A stretch of 59,671 nucleotides of DNA, counting the filler. It is 4 parts of 4 records of this genome, joined end to end, with 100 filler letters (N's around TTAATTAATTAA, not from the genome) between each part and the next. Parts side by side here need not be neighbours in the genome. Positions count along the whole stretch, not along the records: positions 40,812 to 51,527 come from SRR2962707_1582; 3 more parts are not named here. One strand, given 5' to 3'. Below are positions 41,814-51,627 of this stretch, in pieces. Within the stretch, counting starts at the first letter, position 1. Each line of letters begins with the position of its first letter. Position numbers and translations under genes: made by a program. The notes beneath the pieces are model-generated. The model saw nothing but the letters and a program-made list of their open reading frames with translations, was not told the DNA's origin and did not search any database.

Positions 41814-42806
41814 ATGACAAAATTTACCTCTCTCCCCCAGAAACACCCTCTCGTTTGCGCCATCGCCTATGACGGTTTGTGCACTTTCGAATTCGGCATC
41901 GCTGTCGAACTCTTCGCCTTGCCGCGACCTGAATTCGAAAACTGGTATCGCTTTGCAACCGTCAAAGCCGAGCCGGGCCCCATCCGCGCGACGGGTGGTA
42001 TTACGCTAGACGCCGATGACAATCTCGAGCTGCTAAATGAGGCCAGTTTGATCATCGTTCCCGGCTGGCGCGGCGCTGACACCCCCGTGCCAGAAGCATT
42101 GTGTAGCGCCTTGCGCGCGGCCTACGACAACGGGGCCAGGATCGCGTCAATCTGTTCAGGTGTGTTTGTGTTGGCGGCGTCGGGGTTGTTAAACGGAAAA
42201 TCTGCGACAACCCATTGGCGATACACGGACCTGCTGTCGGCGCGATATCCGCAGGTGTCGGTTGACCCCGACGTTTTGTTTGTTGAGGGGGACCGTATTT
42301 ACACCTCTGCCGGTTCGGCGGCTGGGCTGGATTTGGGATTACACATCATCAGGCAAGACTACGGTGCACAGGTTGCAGCGTCCGTGGCGCGTCGGCTTGT
42401 GCTTCCTGCGCAACGCGACGGGGGGCAGCGGCAATTTGTGCCACGCCCAGAGCCGAAAGCGCGCACAGGCTCTGGCTTGGCCAAATTGCAGGATCATATA
42501 CGTGCATCCATTAATGAAAATTGGCCCATTGAACGCATGGCGCGCGTGGCGGCGACAAGTGGACGAACCCTCGCGAGACGGTTTCAAGAAGAGACCGGAA
42601 CGACCCCGTTGAACTGGTTGAAGGTTGAACGGGTATCGCGGGCAGCAGAACTCCTTGAGAACGGGGCTATTCCGTTGCCCGACATTTGGGAGATCTGCGG
42701 CTTTGGGTCGGCCGAAACGTTCCGCCGAGAGTTTCGTAAAATGATGGGCGTGCCGCCATTGCGATACCGAGAACGTTTGGGTGCGCCCAGTATGAGCCCG
42801 AATTAG
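41814..42806 (+). CDS. ftrA: GlxA/FtrA-type AraC regulator with DJ-1/PfpI-like domain
   Basis: AYDGLCTFEFGIAVELFALPRPE, SICSG, ATTHW, TSAGSAAGLD, RDGGQRQF and C-terminal AraC HTH. Confidence 0.85.
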   Translation: MTKFTSLPQKHPLVCAIAYDGLCTFEFGIAVELFALPRPEFENWYRFATVKAEPGPIRATGGITLDADDNLELLNEASLIIVPGWRGADTPVPEALCSALRAAYDNGARIASICSGVFVLAASGLLNGKSATTHWRYTDLLSARYPQVSVDPDVLFVEGDRIYTSAGSAAGLDLGLHIIRQDYGAQVAASVARRLVLPAQRDGGQRQFVPRPEPKARTGSGLAKLQDHIRASINENWPIERMARVAATSGRTLARRFQEETGTTPLNWLKVERVSRAAELLENGAIPLPDIWEICGFGSAETFRREFRKMMGVPPLRYRERLGAPSMSPN

Positions 42807-42957
42807 GTAGCTGTGGGCTTGGTTGAAACCGTTCGATCTTGCCGCCGAGGGAAATATCGCAGCGTTCATTCGGTTCGGTAGTCGTTTAAGCAGGCGGATG
42901 CCCGCTAAATTGTTTTCGCTGGGCGCTGCAGCGGGGATCAGCAAGTTATTGACCTGA

Positions 42958-43818
42958 TTACGAGCTGGTAAACTGTATCTTTAATCGAAATGTATAGTTT
43001 GTCTTTGCCAACTGTTTTGGCGCTTTTGAAAAACGCTTTGCCCGCTTAACTGCTGCCACAGCGGCGGCGTCTAGGGCGGGCTGACCGGAGCTGCGCGAGA
43101 CGCCTACATTCACAAGAGTACCATTGTGCGACACGGAGACCACGACCGTAACGGCACCGGTTTGACCGCCACGCGGACGCCGCTTTGCACGGTCAATTTT
43201 AGCGCGAATAGATGCACCCCATGCGGCTACCAGCGTTTGCTTTTCGGACTTTGACAGGTTTGAATTACTCGAGGTCTGACGGTTCCCAGCATTGGATTTT
43301 CCGCCCGTGCCAGCGGCAATAGCCGCTTTCGACGGTGCCGAAGCCGCCTGCGCCGGTTGCTTTTTGGGTGGTGACGGCTGTGTGGGTTTTTCGACCCGGG
43401 GCTTGAAAACCGGCTTTGGGGGCGGTTTTATCTCGGCCAACGGATTGGCAGGTGGCGCGGGTGGCGGCGGCGCATTTTGAACAACTGGCGCAATATCTAC
43501 ATCACCCGGGTTTTGAAGCATCTGCGGCAACGCGATTGGCGTATTTAGATTTGCTTCTACAGTGGGTGGGGTTGGGTCAACTGTGGCAGCTTCGGGCGGC
43601 GTTAGTTCAATGTTGGTCTCAGCTACAATTGGCGGTGTTTCCCATGCTTTGATCAGATCGCCATAGCTTTCGGGGGCCGCGACCAGCGTCATCAATTCGC
43701 TGCCCCCCGCGCCGGCAGACGCCGCCGCCCCATCGCTGGGTTTTGCCCAAAAGGCAGCCACATGCAGGCCAAAAGCAATCAGCAGAAAAAGGGCGCTGTT
43801 GATGACTACACGTATCAT
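42958..43818 (-). CDS. tonB: Energy transducer TonB
   Basis: N-terminal TM helix with His (FGLHVAA), Pro-rich linker, C-terminal SSG.PALD.AA domain. Confidence 0.85.
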   Translation of the reverse strand: MIRVVINSALFLLIAFGLHVAAFWAKPSDGAAASAGAGGSELMTLVAAPESYGDLIKAWETPPIVAETNIELTPPEAATVDPTPPTVEANLNTPIALPQMLQNPGDVDIAPVVQNAPPPPAPPANPLAEIKPPPKPVFKPRVEKPTQPSPPKKQPAQAASAPSKAAIAAGTGGKSNAGNRQTSSNSNLSKSEKQTLVAAWGASIRAKIDRAKRRPRGGQTGAVTVVVSVSHNGTLVNVGVSRSSGQPALDAAAVAAVKRAKRFSKAPKQLAKTNYTFRLKIQFTSS

Positions 43819-44252
43819 GGCTGAGCAGTTTCAACGCGTGTCGCCAGCCAGACATTGGTGATCTCACGCGCCGCAAGATTTTTTAAAAGGGCTGGAACCA
43901 GCTGCGCGTCGGCGTCCGCGTCGGCGCGGATTGTCAGCGGTGGGCGCGCCTCTGGCCCGGTGCAAATTACATCGGCGCAAAGATCGATATAGGCTAACTC
44001 AAGCGCATCAATCGCGGCGGTTTCCCCAATCGTGTCACGAAAAGCGATATCGCCTTTGGCATTTATATAAAGCGTCAACGCGCCGTCATCGGGCGCGTCA
44101 GAGGACGCAGTAGGGGGGATCACCTCGAACGGGTCAGGGGGTGCGATTTGCGCGGTCATCAAAAAGAAGATGAGCAACAGAAAAACCACGTTGATCATCG
44201 GAATGACGTTTTCTTCGCGCGGTTTACGCGGGGTGGGTTGGCTGAAATCCAT
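43815..44252 (-). CDS. exbD: ExbD/TolR family protein (Asn variant)
   Basis: PMINVVFLLLIFFLM TM helix, IRAD motif. Confidence 0.85.
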   Translation of the reverse strand: MDFSQPTPRKPREENVIPMINVVFLLLIFFLMTAQIAPPDPFEVIPPTASSDAPDDGALTLYINAKGDIAFRDTIGETAAIDALELAYIDLCADVICTGPEARPPLTIRADADADAQLVPALLKNLAAREITNVWLATRVETAQP

Positions 44253-44255
44253 CAG

Positions 44256-44636
44256 TTATTCCACCACCACAACTTGGGTAAATCCCGCGTCGCCCAGATC
44301 GCCGAGGATTTGAACCATAGCCTGGAGTTTTGCACCGCTCTTGGGGCGCAGGATGATTGTGTCCGAGGGTTTCGAAGTTAGCGCGCTCAACCGGGCGGGC
44401 AGGGCGGATCGTTCAATGGTGTTACCGTTCAAAAGCAGCCCCTCTGCCGTGATGTCGACCAGCCTGGGCTGGCCTTCATAGGCGGACCCTGATGATCCAC
44501 CCGCGATGCTAAGCGGGATCTGCATATCCATGCCAAAGCGCGACGCCAACATGAAGAAGACCAGCAAAAGGAAAACCACGTCAATCATGGGGGTCAGCGA
44601 TGGGGTACGACGCTTGCGCGTTTCAGCGATGTGCAT
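44256..44636 (-). CDS. exbD: ExbD/TolR family protein (Asp variant)
   Basis: LTPMIDVVFLLLVFFML TM helix. Confidence 0.88.
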   Translation of the reverse strand: MHIAETRKRRTPSLTPMIDVVFLLLVFFMLASRFGMDMQIPLSIAGGSSGSAYEGQPRLVDITAEGLLLNGNTIERSALPARLSALTSKPSDTIILRPKSGAKLQAMVQILGDLGDAGFTQVVVVE

Positions 44637-44639
44637 TGC

Positions 44640-45332
44640 TCACTCGGCCGCCAACCCAGATGGCACCTGCGTGGTTTCCGGTGCGCGTGCGGTTTGGAAA
44701 ATACGTGTTCCGATGTCCTCCATCTCTAACCGCAGCCGGTCAGTGATGCTTTCGAACCATGTCACGGCAACAGACGCAGGAATGGCGACTGCCATGCCCG
44801 CGGCTGTGGTCAGCAACGCCTCCCAGATGCCACCCGCCAACATCGACGGGTCCGCGCGGGCACCGGCCTCTTGCAGCGCTTGAAACGCTGAAATCATACC
44901 CAAAACAGTGCCCAACAAGCCCAACAGAGGGGCGATTGTCGCGATCAACTCTAACGGGCGCAACCCTGCACGGGCACGGGCCAGACACAGCTTTGCAACC
45001 CGCAAGGTTTCGTCTTGCGCGGTTTCTTTGTCGAAGCCGGGGTTGGAAGATGCTTGAAACGCGGTTCGCGCAAACCGCGCGCGAATGGTGCGGCGGTTGT
45101 GAAGGTCCGCCAGCACGATGTCTGAATTTCCGTCTTTCCAAGCCGTGATAGACCGTTCAACCCTGCGCCCGCCGGTCCACGCGCCAAGCCAGATGAGATC
45201 CCAGATTTTCCAAAGAATAAGGGCGACCGTTATCACCGAAAGCGCGGCGATGGCCCAGATTGACGGCCCGCCTGCCTTTAAGAATGCAATCGCGGATAGG
45301 GTCGCATCGGTGAATGTCGTGAACTGCAACAT
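44640..45332 (-). CDS. exbB: ExbB/MotA/TolQ proton channel protein
   Basis: APLLGLLGTVLGMI and GGIWEALLTTAAGMAVAIP motifs. Confidence 0.92.
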   Translation of the reverse strand: MLQFTTFTDATLSAIAFLKAGGPSIWAIAALSVITVALILWKIWDLIWLGAWTGGRRVERSITAWKDGNSDIVLADLHNRRTIRARFARTAFQASSNPGFDKETAQDETLRVAKLCLARARAGLRPLELIATIAPLLGLLGTVLGMISAFQALQEAGARADPSMLAGGIWEALLTTAAGMAVAIPASVAVTWFESITDRLRLEMEDIGTRIFQTARAPETTQVPSGLAAE

Positions 45333-45394
45333 CAGACAGCATCCTTAACTTGGTGGCTGGCTGATGTGGCTTGCCTCTACCTGTGGTTTATAAT

Positions 45395-45413
45395 CTTGAT
45401 TATTATTGTCAAG
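45395..45413. promoter_or_regulatory. Iron-Rhodo-box-like operator upstream of exbB
   Basis: 19-bp palindrome CTTGATTATTATTGTCAAG; same layout as the box before futA. Confidence 0.7.
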
Positions 45414-45529
45414 TATCTGACGGGGCGCTGGCAAAGTCTTTACCAGACCCTATGCAAAGATGTTTTGCGGTATCGTGCAGAAAAATCCGGGCCAATATGG
45501 CCCGGCGTCGTCGTGTATGGCGATGCCAA

Positions 45530-47677
45530 TCAGAACTCGCGGCTTAACGATAGGGAAATAACCCGCCCCTGACCTTTGGTGCAGCCGTAGCTATCATAGC
45601 AAAGGCCCTCGTAATCCTTGTCGAACAGGTTGTTCACATCAAGGTTCACCGTCATTTCCGGCATCTCGTACTTCAGGCTAAGATCAGCCAGCGCATAGCC
45701 GGCTGTTTTGCGGCCGTTGCTTTGGGTTGCATAGAACGCGGACACATAACGCACCCCAGCCCCAACCGAGAGCCCCCGCACATAGTTTTCCGCGTCATAG
45801 TCAAACCACAGGGCCACCTGATGGGGCGGGGCCATCGAATTATGGTTGCCGACAAGCGTGGTGTCTGAGGATTTGCTAACCTTTGAGTCCAGGTAGGAAT
45901 AGCTGAACACACCTTCGACGGCTTCATTCAGACGCCCACGCGCTTCAAGTTCGAGGCCGCGCGAACGCACCTCGCCGGTTTGCGTAAAGCTGGACCAAGT
46001 CGCGTCTCTTGTGTCGTATTCCTTAACATTGGTCTTTCTCAGATCGAAAACCGCGGCGCTTAGCATCAGATCGGCAGAAGGCTGAAAGCGCATGCCTGCC
46101 TCCCATTGGGTGCTTTCGGAGGGATCAAGCACATCACCCGACAGCGTTTTGCCGATGTTCTGGGTGAACCCTTCGGTATAGCTGAGATAGGGCGTAAGAC
46201 CGTTGGCGAATTCGTGGGTCACCCCAATCATGCCAGTGGTCGCGTCGTTTTTCTGACTGCTTTGGGTTCCCGCAATCAGGTCATCGATCGTGTTATCAAA
46301 CCGGCTGTGACGCAGACCCATGGTGACCTTGGTACCATTGCCCATATCCAGATGATCTTGGAGATAGATGCCCGTCTCGCCGTATTCGGTCCGTTTTCTG
46401 GAACCCAATGCGGGATCAGTCACGGCGAAATCCAAACTCAGGTTGCTGTAAGGCACCGTATACATCGTGTAATCGATGTATTGGGTCACATCGTAGCGCG
46501 ATGTTTGATGATCCAAACCAACCGTCAACGTATTCTCGGCACCGGCAAAGGAATTGGTCCACTTAAGATGGTTGTCGATACCAAAGGTTTCCGCATCTTC
46601 ATCATTCACGAAGGCGTAATATTTCAGACCGCTCGCATCTGCCGAAGAATAATCCAGCTGCGCATAGTCAGTTGTCTGATGCGCATAGCGCACACTTTGA
46701 TTGAAGGTGAGGTTCGGCGCGAAGTTGTGTGTGAACTCCCAACCTAACGTCTCTTGCTCGGTGTCAAAGTGGTTGTAGGTCGACTGCTTGAGGTTGTAGC
46801 CATCAGGAAGGCTGCCCCAGGTGCTGTTGATATCCTCGCCGTTGATGGGTGCGAAAATCAGCGGGGTCAGGGAATCCTTTTGGATATGACCCAGAATTGT
46901 AAGGGATGTGTTGTCGGTCGGTGCCCATGTCAGGCCCGCGGCAAGGAAACCACGATCATCAGCGGAGTTATCAACTTCGGTTTCGCCGTCGCGTACCATT
47001 CCTGTGACACGGGCGGCAATTGTGCCTTGCTCGTTGATCACATCTGACCAGTCGAACCCGACCAAGGCCGACCCGTTGCTGTCATAGCCGATTTTACCCT
47101 CGGCCAGACGCCCAAACACCGGGCGCTTGGTAACAAGGTTCACCATACCGCCTGCATCGTTCGAACCATAAAGCACGCCCGCCGGGCCACGCAGAACATC
47201 CACACGTTCGATCATATACGGATCAGTCGTGAAGCCGGAAAAGTTCAACACTTTTTGCGGGAGGCCATCGCGGTAAAGTGAAGAGGAGCCCATATCGAAG
47301 CCGCGAATGGCAAATTGATCGAACCGGTTATCCATACCCCAAGTTGACGGCAAAACACCGGGCACATAGGCGATGCTGTCTTCAACCTGACGCGGTGCGC
47401 GGGATTCAAGCTCTGTCGATGTCACGACGGAAATGGATTGTGGCACTTCTGCGAGCGGCACACCGGACTTGACGCCCGTTTCGGTCGCAAGCGCAAGATA
47501 GCCATCAATTTCGCCCGAATAGGCCAGTTCGTTTTCGACAACAATCGGCACCAAGTCGATCACGTCGTCTTGGGCGTGGGCAGGCAAGGCGGCAGCCAAA
47601 CTGATAAGTGCGGTTTGGCACAGCAGTCTAGGTCTCGTTGGCAGGCGCAACGATTGGTGGATGTCAAAATAGGTCAT
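45530..47677 (-). CDS. TonB-dependent siderophore receptor (FhuA-like)
   Basis: Signal peptide, PQSISVV, IRGF, ERVDVLRGPAGVLYG..GG.VNLVTKRP, NNLFDK, C-terminal Phe. Confidence 0.93.
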   Translation of the reverse strand: MTYFDIHQSLRLPTRPRLLCQTALISLAAALPAHAQDDVIDLVPIVVENELAYSGEIDGYLALATETGVKSGVPLAEVPQSISVVTSTELESRAPRQVEDSIAYVPGVLPSTWGMDNRFDQFAIRGFDMGSSSLYRDGLPQKVLNFSGFTTDPYMIERVDVLRGPAGVLYGSNDAGGMVNLVTKRPVFGRLAEGKIGYDSNGSALVGFDWSDVINEQGTIAARVTGMVRDGETEVDNSADDRGFLAAGLTWAPTDNTSLTILGHIQKDSLTPLIFAPINGEDINSTWGSLPDGYNLKQSTYNHFDTEQETLGWEFTHNFAPNLTFNQSVRYAHQTTDYAQLDYSSADASGLKYYAFVNDEDAETFGIDNHLKWTNSFAGAENTLTVGLDHQTSRYDVTQYIDYTMYTVPYSNLSLDFAVTDPALGSRKRTEYGETGIYLQDHLDMGNGTKVTMGLRHSRFDNTIDDLIAGTQSSQKNDATTGMIGVTHEFANGLTPYLSYTEGFTQNIGKTLSGDVLDPSESTQWEAGMRFQPSADLMLSAAVFDLRKTNVKEYDTRDATWSSFTQTGEVRSRGLELEARGRLNEAVEGVFSYSYLDSKVSKSSDTTLVGNHNSMAPPHQVALWFDYDAENYVRGLSVGAGVRYVSAFYATQSNGRKTAGYALADLSLKYEMPEMTVNLDVNNLFDKDYEGLCYDSYGCTKGQGRVISLSLSREF

Positions 47678-47834
47678 GGAGCTCCCCAAGAAGTGGTGCG
47701 GCAGCGCACCCGGATGACGAGCAAAGAGGCTCGCGTCTCACCTGGGGATGTCCTGGGATTTGTGCAAAATAACGGGAAAGTGACGACTGTCAATCGCTTC
47801 ACGGGCTGTCTCGTGAATTACCGTGATTCTAGCA

Positions 47835-48773
47835 CTAGTTGTTGGCCGCCTTGGCCAGTCGCGGCATCAGCCGTTCTGCGACCCACAGAATTGATAGCGG
47901 GCTTTGAAAGCTCATAGCGCCGATTTCTTCGGTATTTGCCCAGACGGATCGGTCGTTTTGGGACAACGCGCTTTCACGGTAGGCTGGCAGCCCTTCAATC
48001 AGCGCGCGCCCGTTTTCGTCAGCAAGCCACAAGGCGACGTCTTTATCAAAAAGGTCCAGCCGTTCCAGGCTGACCGAGAAATTGCCAGACCCCGCAGCAA
48101 GCCTGTCATATTCGGCAGGAACTTTCAGGCCAAGCGACGCCATCAACCGATTAGACCCGTCGCTCGTGCTATAGCCGATAAGGTCGGTTCCCGAGACATA
48201 AGCAACCGCGACTTCGACATCAGTTAGTTCGGGGTAGGCGGCGGCTAGATCGGTCAGTTCCGCTTCGACCTTGGCGATCACCGCATCGCCTTGATCTTTG
48301 CGGCCGGTTGCCTGCGCGATCAACCGCATTTCCTCCTGCCAGGGGGCCGTCCATGCCTTATACCCCGACGGTGGGCCAACCACCGGCGCAATTTGCGACA
48401 GCTTGTCGTAGGTTTGCCGGTCAAGCGGCGCAAACGTCGCGACGATCAGATCTGGTTTTTGCTGCCAGACCCACTCCAGATCAATCTCGAACCCACGCTG
48501 GACATCGGGCTTTGCACCCAGCGTCTCGCGCGCATTTTCCGCCCAGCTCCAAGTGGCGTAGGGATGCCCACCGAACCATTCATGGACACCCACGGGCGCA
48601 ATGCCCATCGCATACAGAAAATCCTGCTCGTGATACCCGACCGAAACAATGCGCTGCGGCGTGCTTTCAATGCGGGTTTCGCCAAAGCTATGCGTGATAC
48701 GTATCGGATCAGCACTTAGCCGGTGGGGCACAAACACAAGTGAAATGAGGCATAGAAGGGCAGCAAGACGCAT
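47835..48773 (-). CDS. Iron-siderophore ABC transporter substrate-binding protein
   Basis: Signal peptide, HSFGET..PQRIV, PDLI, YDKLSQIAP, SPLSI. Confidence 0.88.
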   Translation of the reverse strand: MRLAALLCLISLVFVPHRLSADPIRITHSFGETRIESTPQRIVSVGYHEQDFLYAMGIAPVGVHEWFGGHPYATWSWAENARETLGAKPDVQRGFEIDLEWVWQQKPDLIVATFAPLDRQTYDKLSQIAPVVGPPSGYKAWTAPWQEEMRLIAQATGRKDQGDAVIAKVEAELTDLAAAYPELTDVEVAVAYVSGTDLIGYSTSDGSNRLMASLGLKVPAEYDRLAAGSGNFSVSLERLDLFDKDVALWLADENGRALIEGLPAYRESALSQNDRSVWANTEEIGAMSFQSPLSILWVAERLMPRLAKAANN

Positions 48774-48940
48774 CGGGTTCTCCAGCAGGGCGGGCCTGGC
48801 GTCTGGCTTGGCGGCTTTGGCAGTGCTCTCGCAATCCTTGGCAACTGTCAAGATGACCGTGCGACCTCTTGCAGCGCCTTTGGAATATGAATACCCATTA
48901 AGGGCAAGCGTCATGCCAGCCGAAAACCAACGGGAATGTC

Positions 48941-49930
48941 ATGTCACGCGCATCTTTCGCCTCTATCCTTGTCCTGCTGTGTCTGGTTTTGTGCCTTTGT
49001 GCCGCCCTATCTTTGCGCTTTGGCGCGGCACCGGTGACGCTGGACGCGCTGTTGAACGACACGCGCGGCCTGTTGGAAAGCCGCATGTTTCGCACAGTTT
49101 GCGCGATATGCGTCGGGGCGGCGATGGCCATTTCGGGATTGATGCTTCAGACATTGACGGGCAACCCGCTGGCCGATCCGGGGATAACGGGCATCAATGC
49201 GGGTGCTGCACTGGCCGCCATCGCATTGGCCTATTTCACACCCTTCAGCAGTGGCATGGCGATCTTGTTGGCCGCAAGCGTCGGTGCAGGGCTTGCCGGA
49301 TATACGTTGTGGCATCTGGTAGGCGCGGACCGCGCGACCGGGGTAGGCGGCATCGCGCTGCGTTTGCCCCTTGCCGGTCTCGCCATTGAAACCTTGTGTC
49401 TTGCGCTTGCAACCGCCCTGATCTTGGCAGATGCGGAAATGCAGGCGCGATACTTGCGCTGGATTTCTGGGGCTATTCCCGCAGTTGCCCGCACTGAAAC
49501 GGCCCCTTTGGGGGTGATCTCTGTTTTGCTTGTCGCCGGGTATTTCACCTGTGAACGGCTTGAGCTGCTCAGCCTTGGCGCGGACCAAAGCGATAGCCTT
49601 GGGCGAAGTCCCAATCGCACCGTCGCGTTGGTTTTGACCTGCGTTACCGTGCTAAGCGGCGCAAGCGTTGCGATTGCGGGCCCGTTGGCGTTTCTGGGTC
49701 TGTTGGTGCCCTTTGTCGCGCGCGGGTTGGCGGCGGGGTCTTTGCAGCGGGCCTATCTTTTTGCGCTGCCTATTGGGGCATCCGCACTTGTGTTGGCCGA
49801 CACAATCGGTCGCGTCATCGCCCGCCCCGGAGAAGTGCACGCCGGTATTATCGCCGCCCTTTTGGGGGGACCCGCGCTGATTATGGTACTGCGGCGCGTC
49901 CTGCGACCCGCACGGTGGCATGCAGAATGA
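48941..49930 (+). CDS. FecCD-family iron ABC permease
   Basis: LQTLTGNPLADPGITGINAGA, AGPLAFLGL, ADTIGR, ALLGGP. Confidence 0.88.
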   Translation: MSRASFASILVLLCLVLCLCAALSLRFGAAPVTLDALLNDTRGLLESRMFRTVCAICVGAAMAISGLMLQTLTGNPLADPGITGINAGAALAAIALAYFTPFSSGMAILLAASVGAGLAGYTLWHLVGADRATGVGGIALRLPLAGLAIETLCLALATALILADAEMQARYLRWISGAIPAVARTETAPLGVISVLLVAGYFTCERLELLSLGADQSDSLGRSPNRTVALVLTCVTVLSGASVAIAGPLAFLGLLVPFVARGLAAGSLQRAYLFALPIGASALVLADTIGRVIARPGEVHAGIIAALLGGPALIMVLRRVLRPARWHAE

Positions 49931-50868
49931 AGCCCGTGATTAAACTGTCTTTAGCGCTTGGCTGTTTAGTGTTTCTTGCCCTGTCGGGCGGGCGCGATTG
50001 GCTGGCACCCGCAGATGTCTGGCACGGGCTTTGGAGCACAGAGAACTTTGTTATCCATGTCCTTCGACTGCCGCGCACCGCACTGGCTGTTGCCGCCGGG
50101 CTGGCCCTTGGGCTTGCAGGTGCCCTGATGCAGGGATTGACCCGCAATCCATTAGCCACACCCGATGTGATCGGTCTGGTACAGGGGGCCAGCCTTGGGC
50201 ACATTGTGGCGCTCGGGTTAGGTACGTCTGTCATTTTGGGGGAAACGGTCGGCGCGGCCTTTGCCCTATTTGCCGTCATCGCGCTGGCCCGTGAACAGGG
50301 CCCAATTGCGTTTGTTCTATACGGAATCGGGGTGGGCGCGACTGCGTCGGCCGCAACAACCGTGACATTACTGCGCGCGCCTGACGCGACCATCACCCAA
50401 ATGATGCTGTGGCTGTCCGGCTCTCTTGCGCGTGCGGATCTGGCGACCGCCGGCGCGCTGTTGGGCGGCGTTGTCTGTGCCGTGTTTATTGTGCTGTGGC
50501 GCGCCCGCGATCTGCGCACGCTTTGGCTGGGCGATGACGTGATGACCGGGCTTGGCGTGCACCTGCCTTTGCTGCGTTTCACGGTGCTTGGGCTGGTCAC
50601 GTTGCTGACGGCCGGGGCAACTTTGGCCGTGGGACCGATCGGATTTCTGGCCTTTACCGCCGCCCCTCTGGCCCGTGCCGTAACGGGGGCTGAACCGCCT
50701 GCGCTGTTCCCTGCGGCGCTTATGGGGGCCTGCCTTTTGACGGCGGCCGATCTGGCCGCGCGGTTGATCGCACCGCTTGTCACATTGCCCACGGGGCTGA
50801 TCATGACCTTGATCGGCGCGCCCTATCTTATCTTTTTCCTATGGTCAGAAAAGCGAAAGACAGCGTGA
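49927..50868 (+). CDS. FecCD-family iron ABC permease
   Basis: LRLPR, QGLTRNPLATPD, WLSGSL, GPIGFL, LIGAPY; ATGA overlap with the previous gene. Confidence 0.88.
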   Translation: MKPVIKLSLALGCLVFLALSGGRDWLAPADVWHGLWSTENFVIHVLRLPRTALAVAAGLALGLAGALMQGLTRNPLATPDVIGLVQGASLGHIVALGLGTSVILGETVGAAFALFAVIALAREQGPIAFVLYGIGVGATASAATTVTLLRAPDATITQMMLWLSGSLARADLATAGALLGGVVCAVFIVLWRARDLRTLWLGDDVMTGLGVHLPLLRFTVLGLVTLLTAGATLAVGPIGFLAFTAAPLARAVTGAEPPALFPAALMGACLLTAADLAARLIAPLVTLPTGLIMTLIGAPYLIFFLWSEKRKTA

Positions 50869-51527
50869 TGAAGCAGCCCCTTTTTAACATCCAAGACCTG
50901 ACCGTTAAGCTAGCTGGAAAAAGGATTTACTCACAGTTCAGCGCACAACTGCCTGATGTGGGAATTACGGGCATTATCGGCCCTAACGGATGCGGGAAAT
51001 CAACGTTGTTGCGGTGCCTTGGCGGTTTGACAACGCCTGAAAATGGCACCGTCAGACTGCGGGGGGCGGACATTTCCCAGCAGTCTTCGATTGCGCGGGC
51101 ACGCCAAATTGCATTCTTGCCGCAAGAGCCGCCAATGCTGACTGATATGACGGTCAAGGGTTTGGTCGCCAAAGGCCGCACCCCCTGGCGGAAAGCCTTT
51201 TTACCGCCGTCGCAGGCGGATCGCGATGCCGTAAGCCAAGCGCTTGAGGCCACCCAGTTAACCGAGTTAGGCCATCGCCGGCTGACAGCGCTTTCAGGCG
51301 GGCAGCGACAGCGCGCGTGGATTGCCATGGCACTGGCCCAGCAGACCGAAGTGATTTTGCTCGATGAGCCGACATCCTACCTAGATCTACCGCACCAAAT
51401 CCGGTTGATGCAGCTGCTCCGCGATCTTGTGGACCAACAGGGGCAGGCCCGCCGCGTCGTGGTGGTGCTGCATGACCTGACCATCGCAGCGCGGTTCTGC
51501 GACACGCTTGTCGGCCTTTCTGATGGC
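50868..51527 (+). CDS. Iron-siderophore ABC ATPase (FhuC/FecE-like), 3'-truncated
   Basis: GPNGCGKST, LSGGQRQRAWIAMALAQ, LLDEPT, VLHDL. Confidence 0.9.
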
Positions 51528-51627
51528 NNNNNNNNNNNNNNNNNNNNNNNNNNNNNNNNNNNNNNNNNNNNTTAATTAATTAANNNNNNNNNNNNNNNNN
51601 NNNNNNNNNNNNNNNNNNNNNNNNNNN
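51528..51627. other. Artificial contig spacer
   Basis: N run with TTAATTAATTAA at 51572-51583. Confidence 0.97.
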
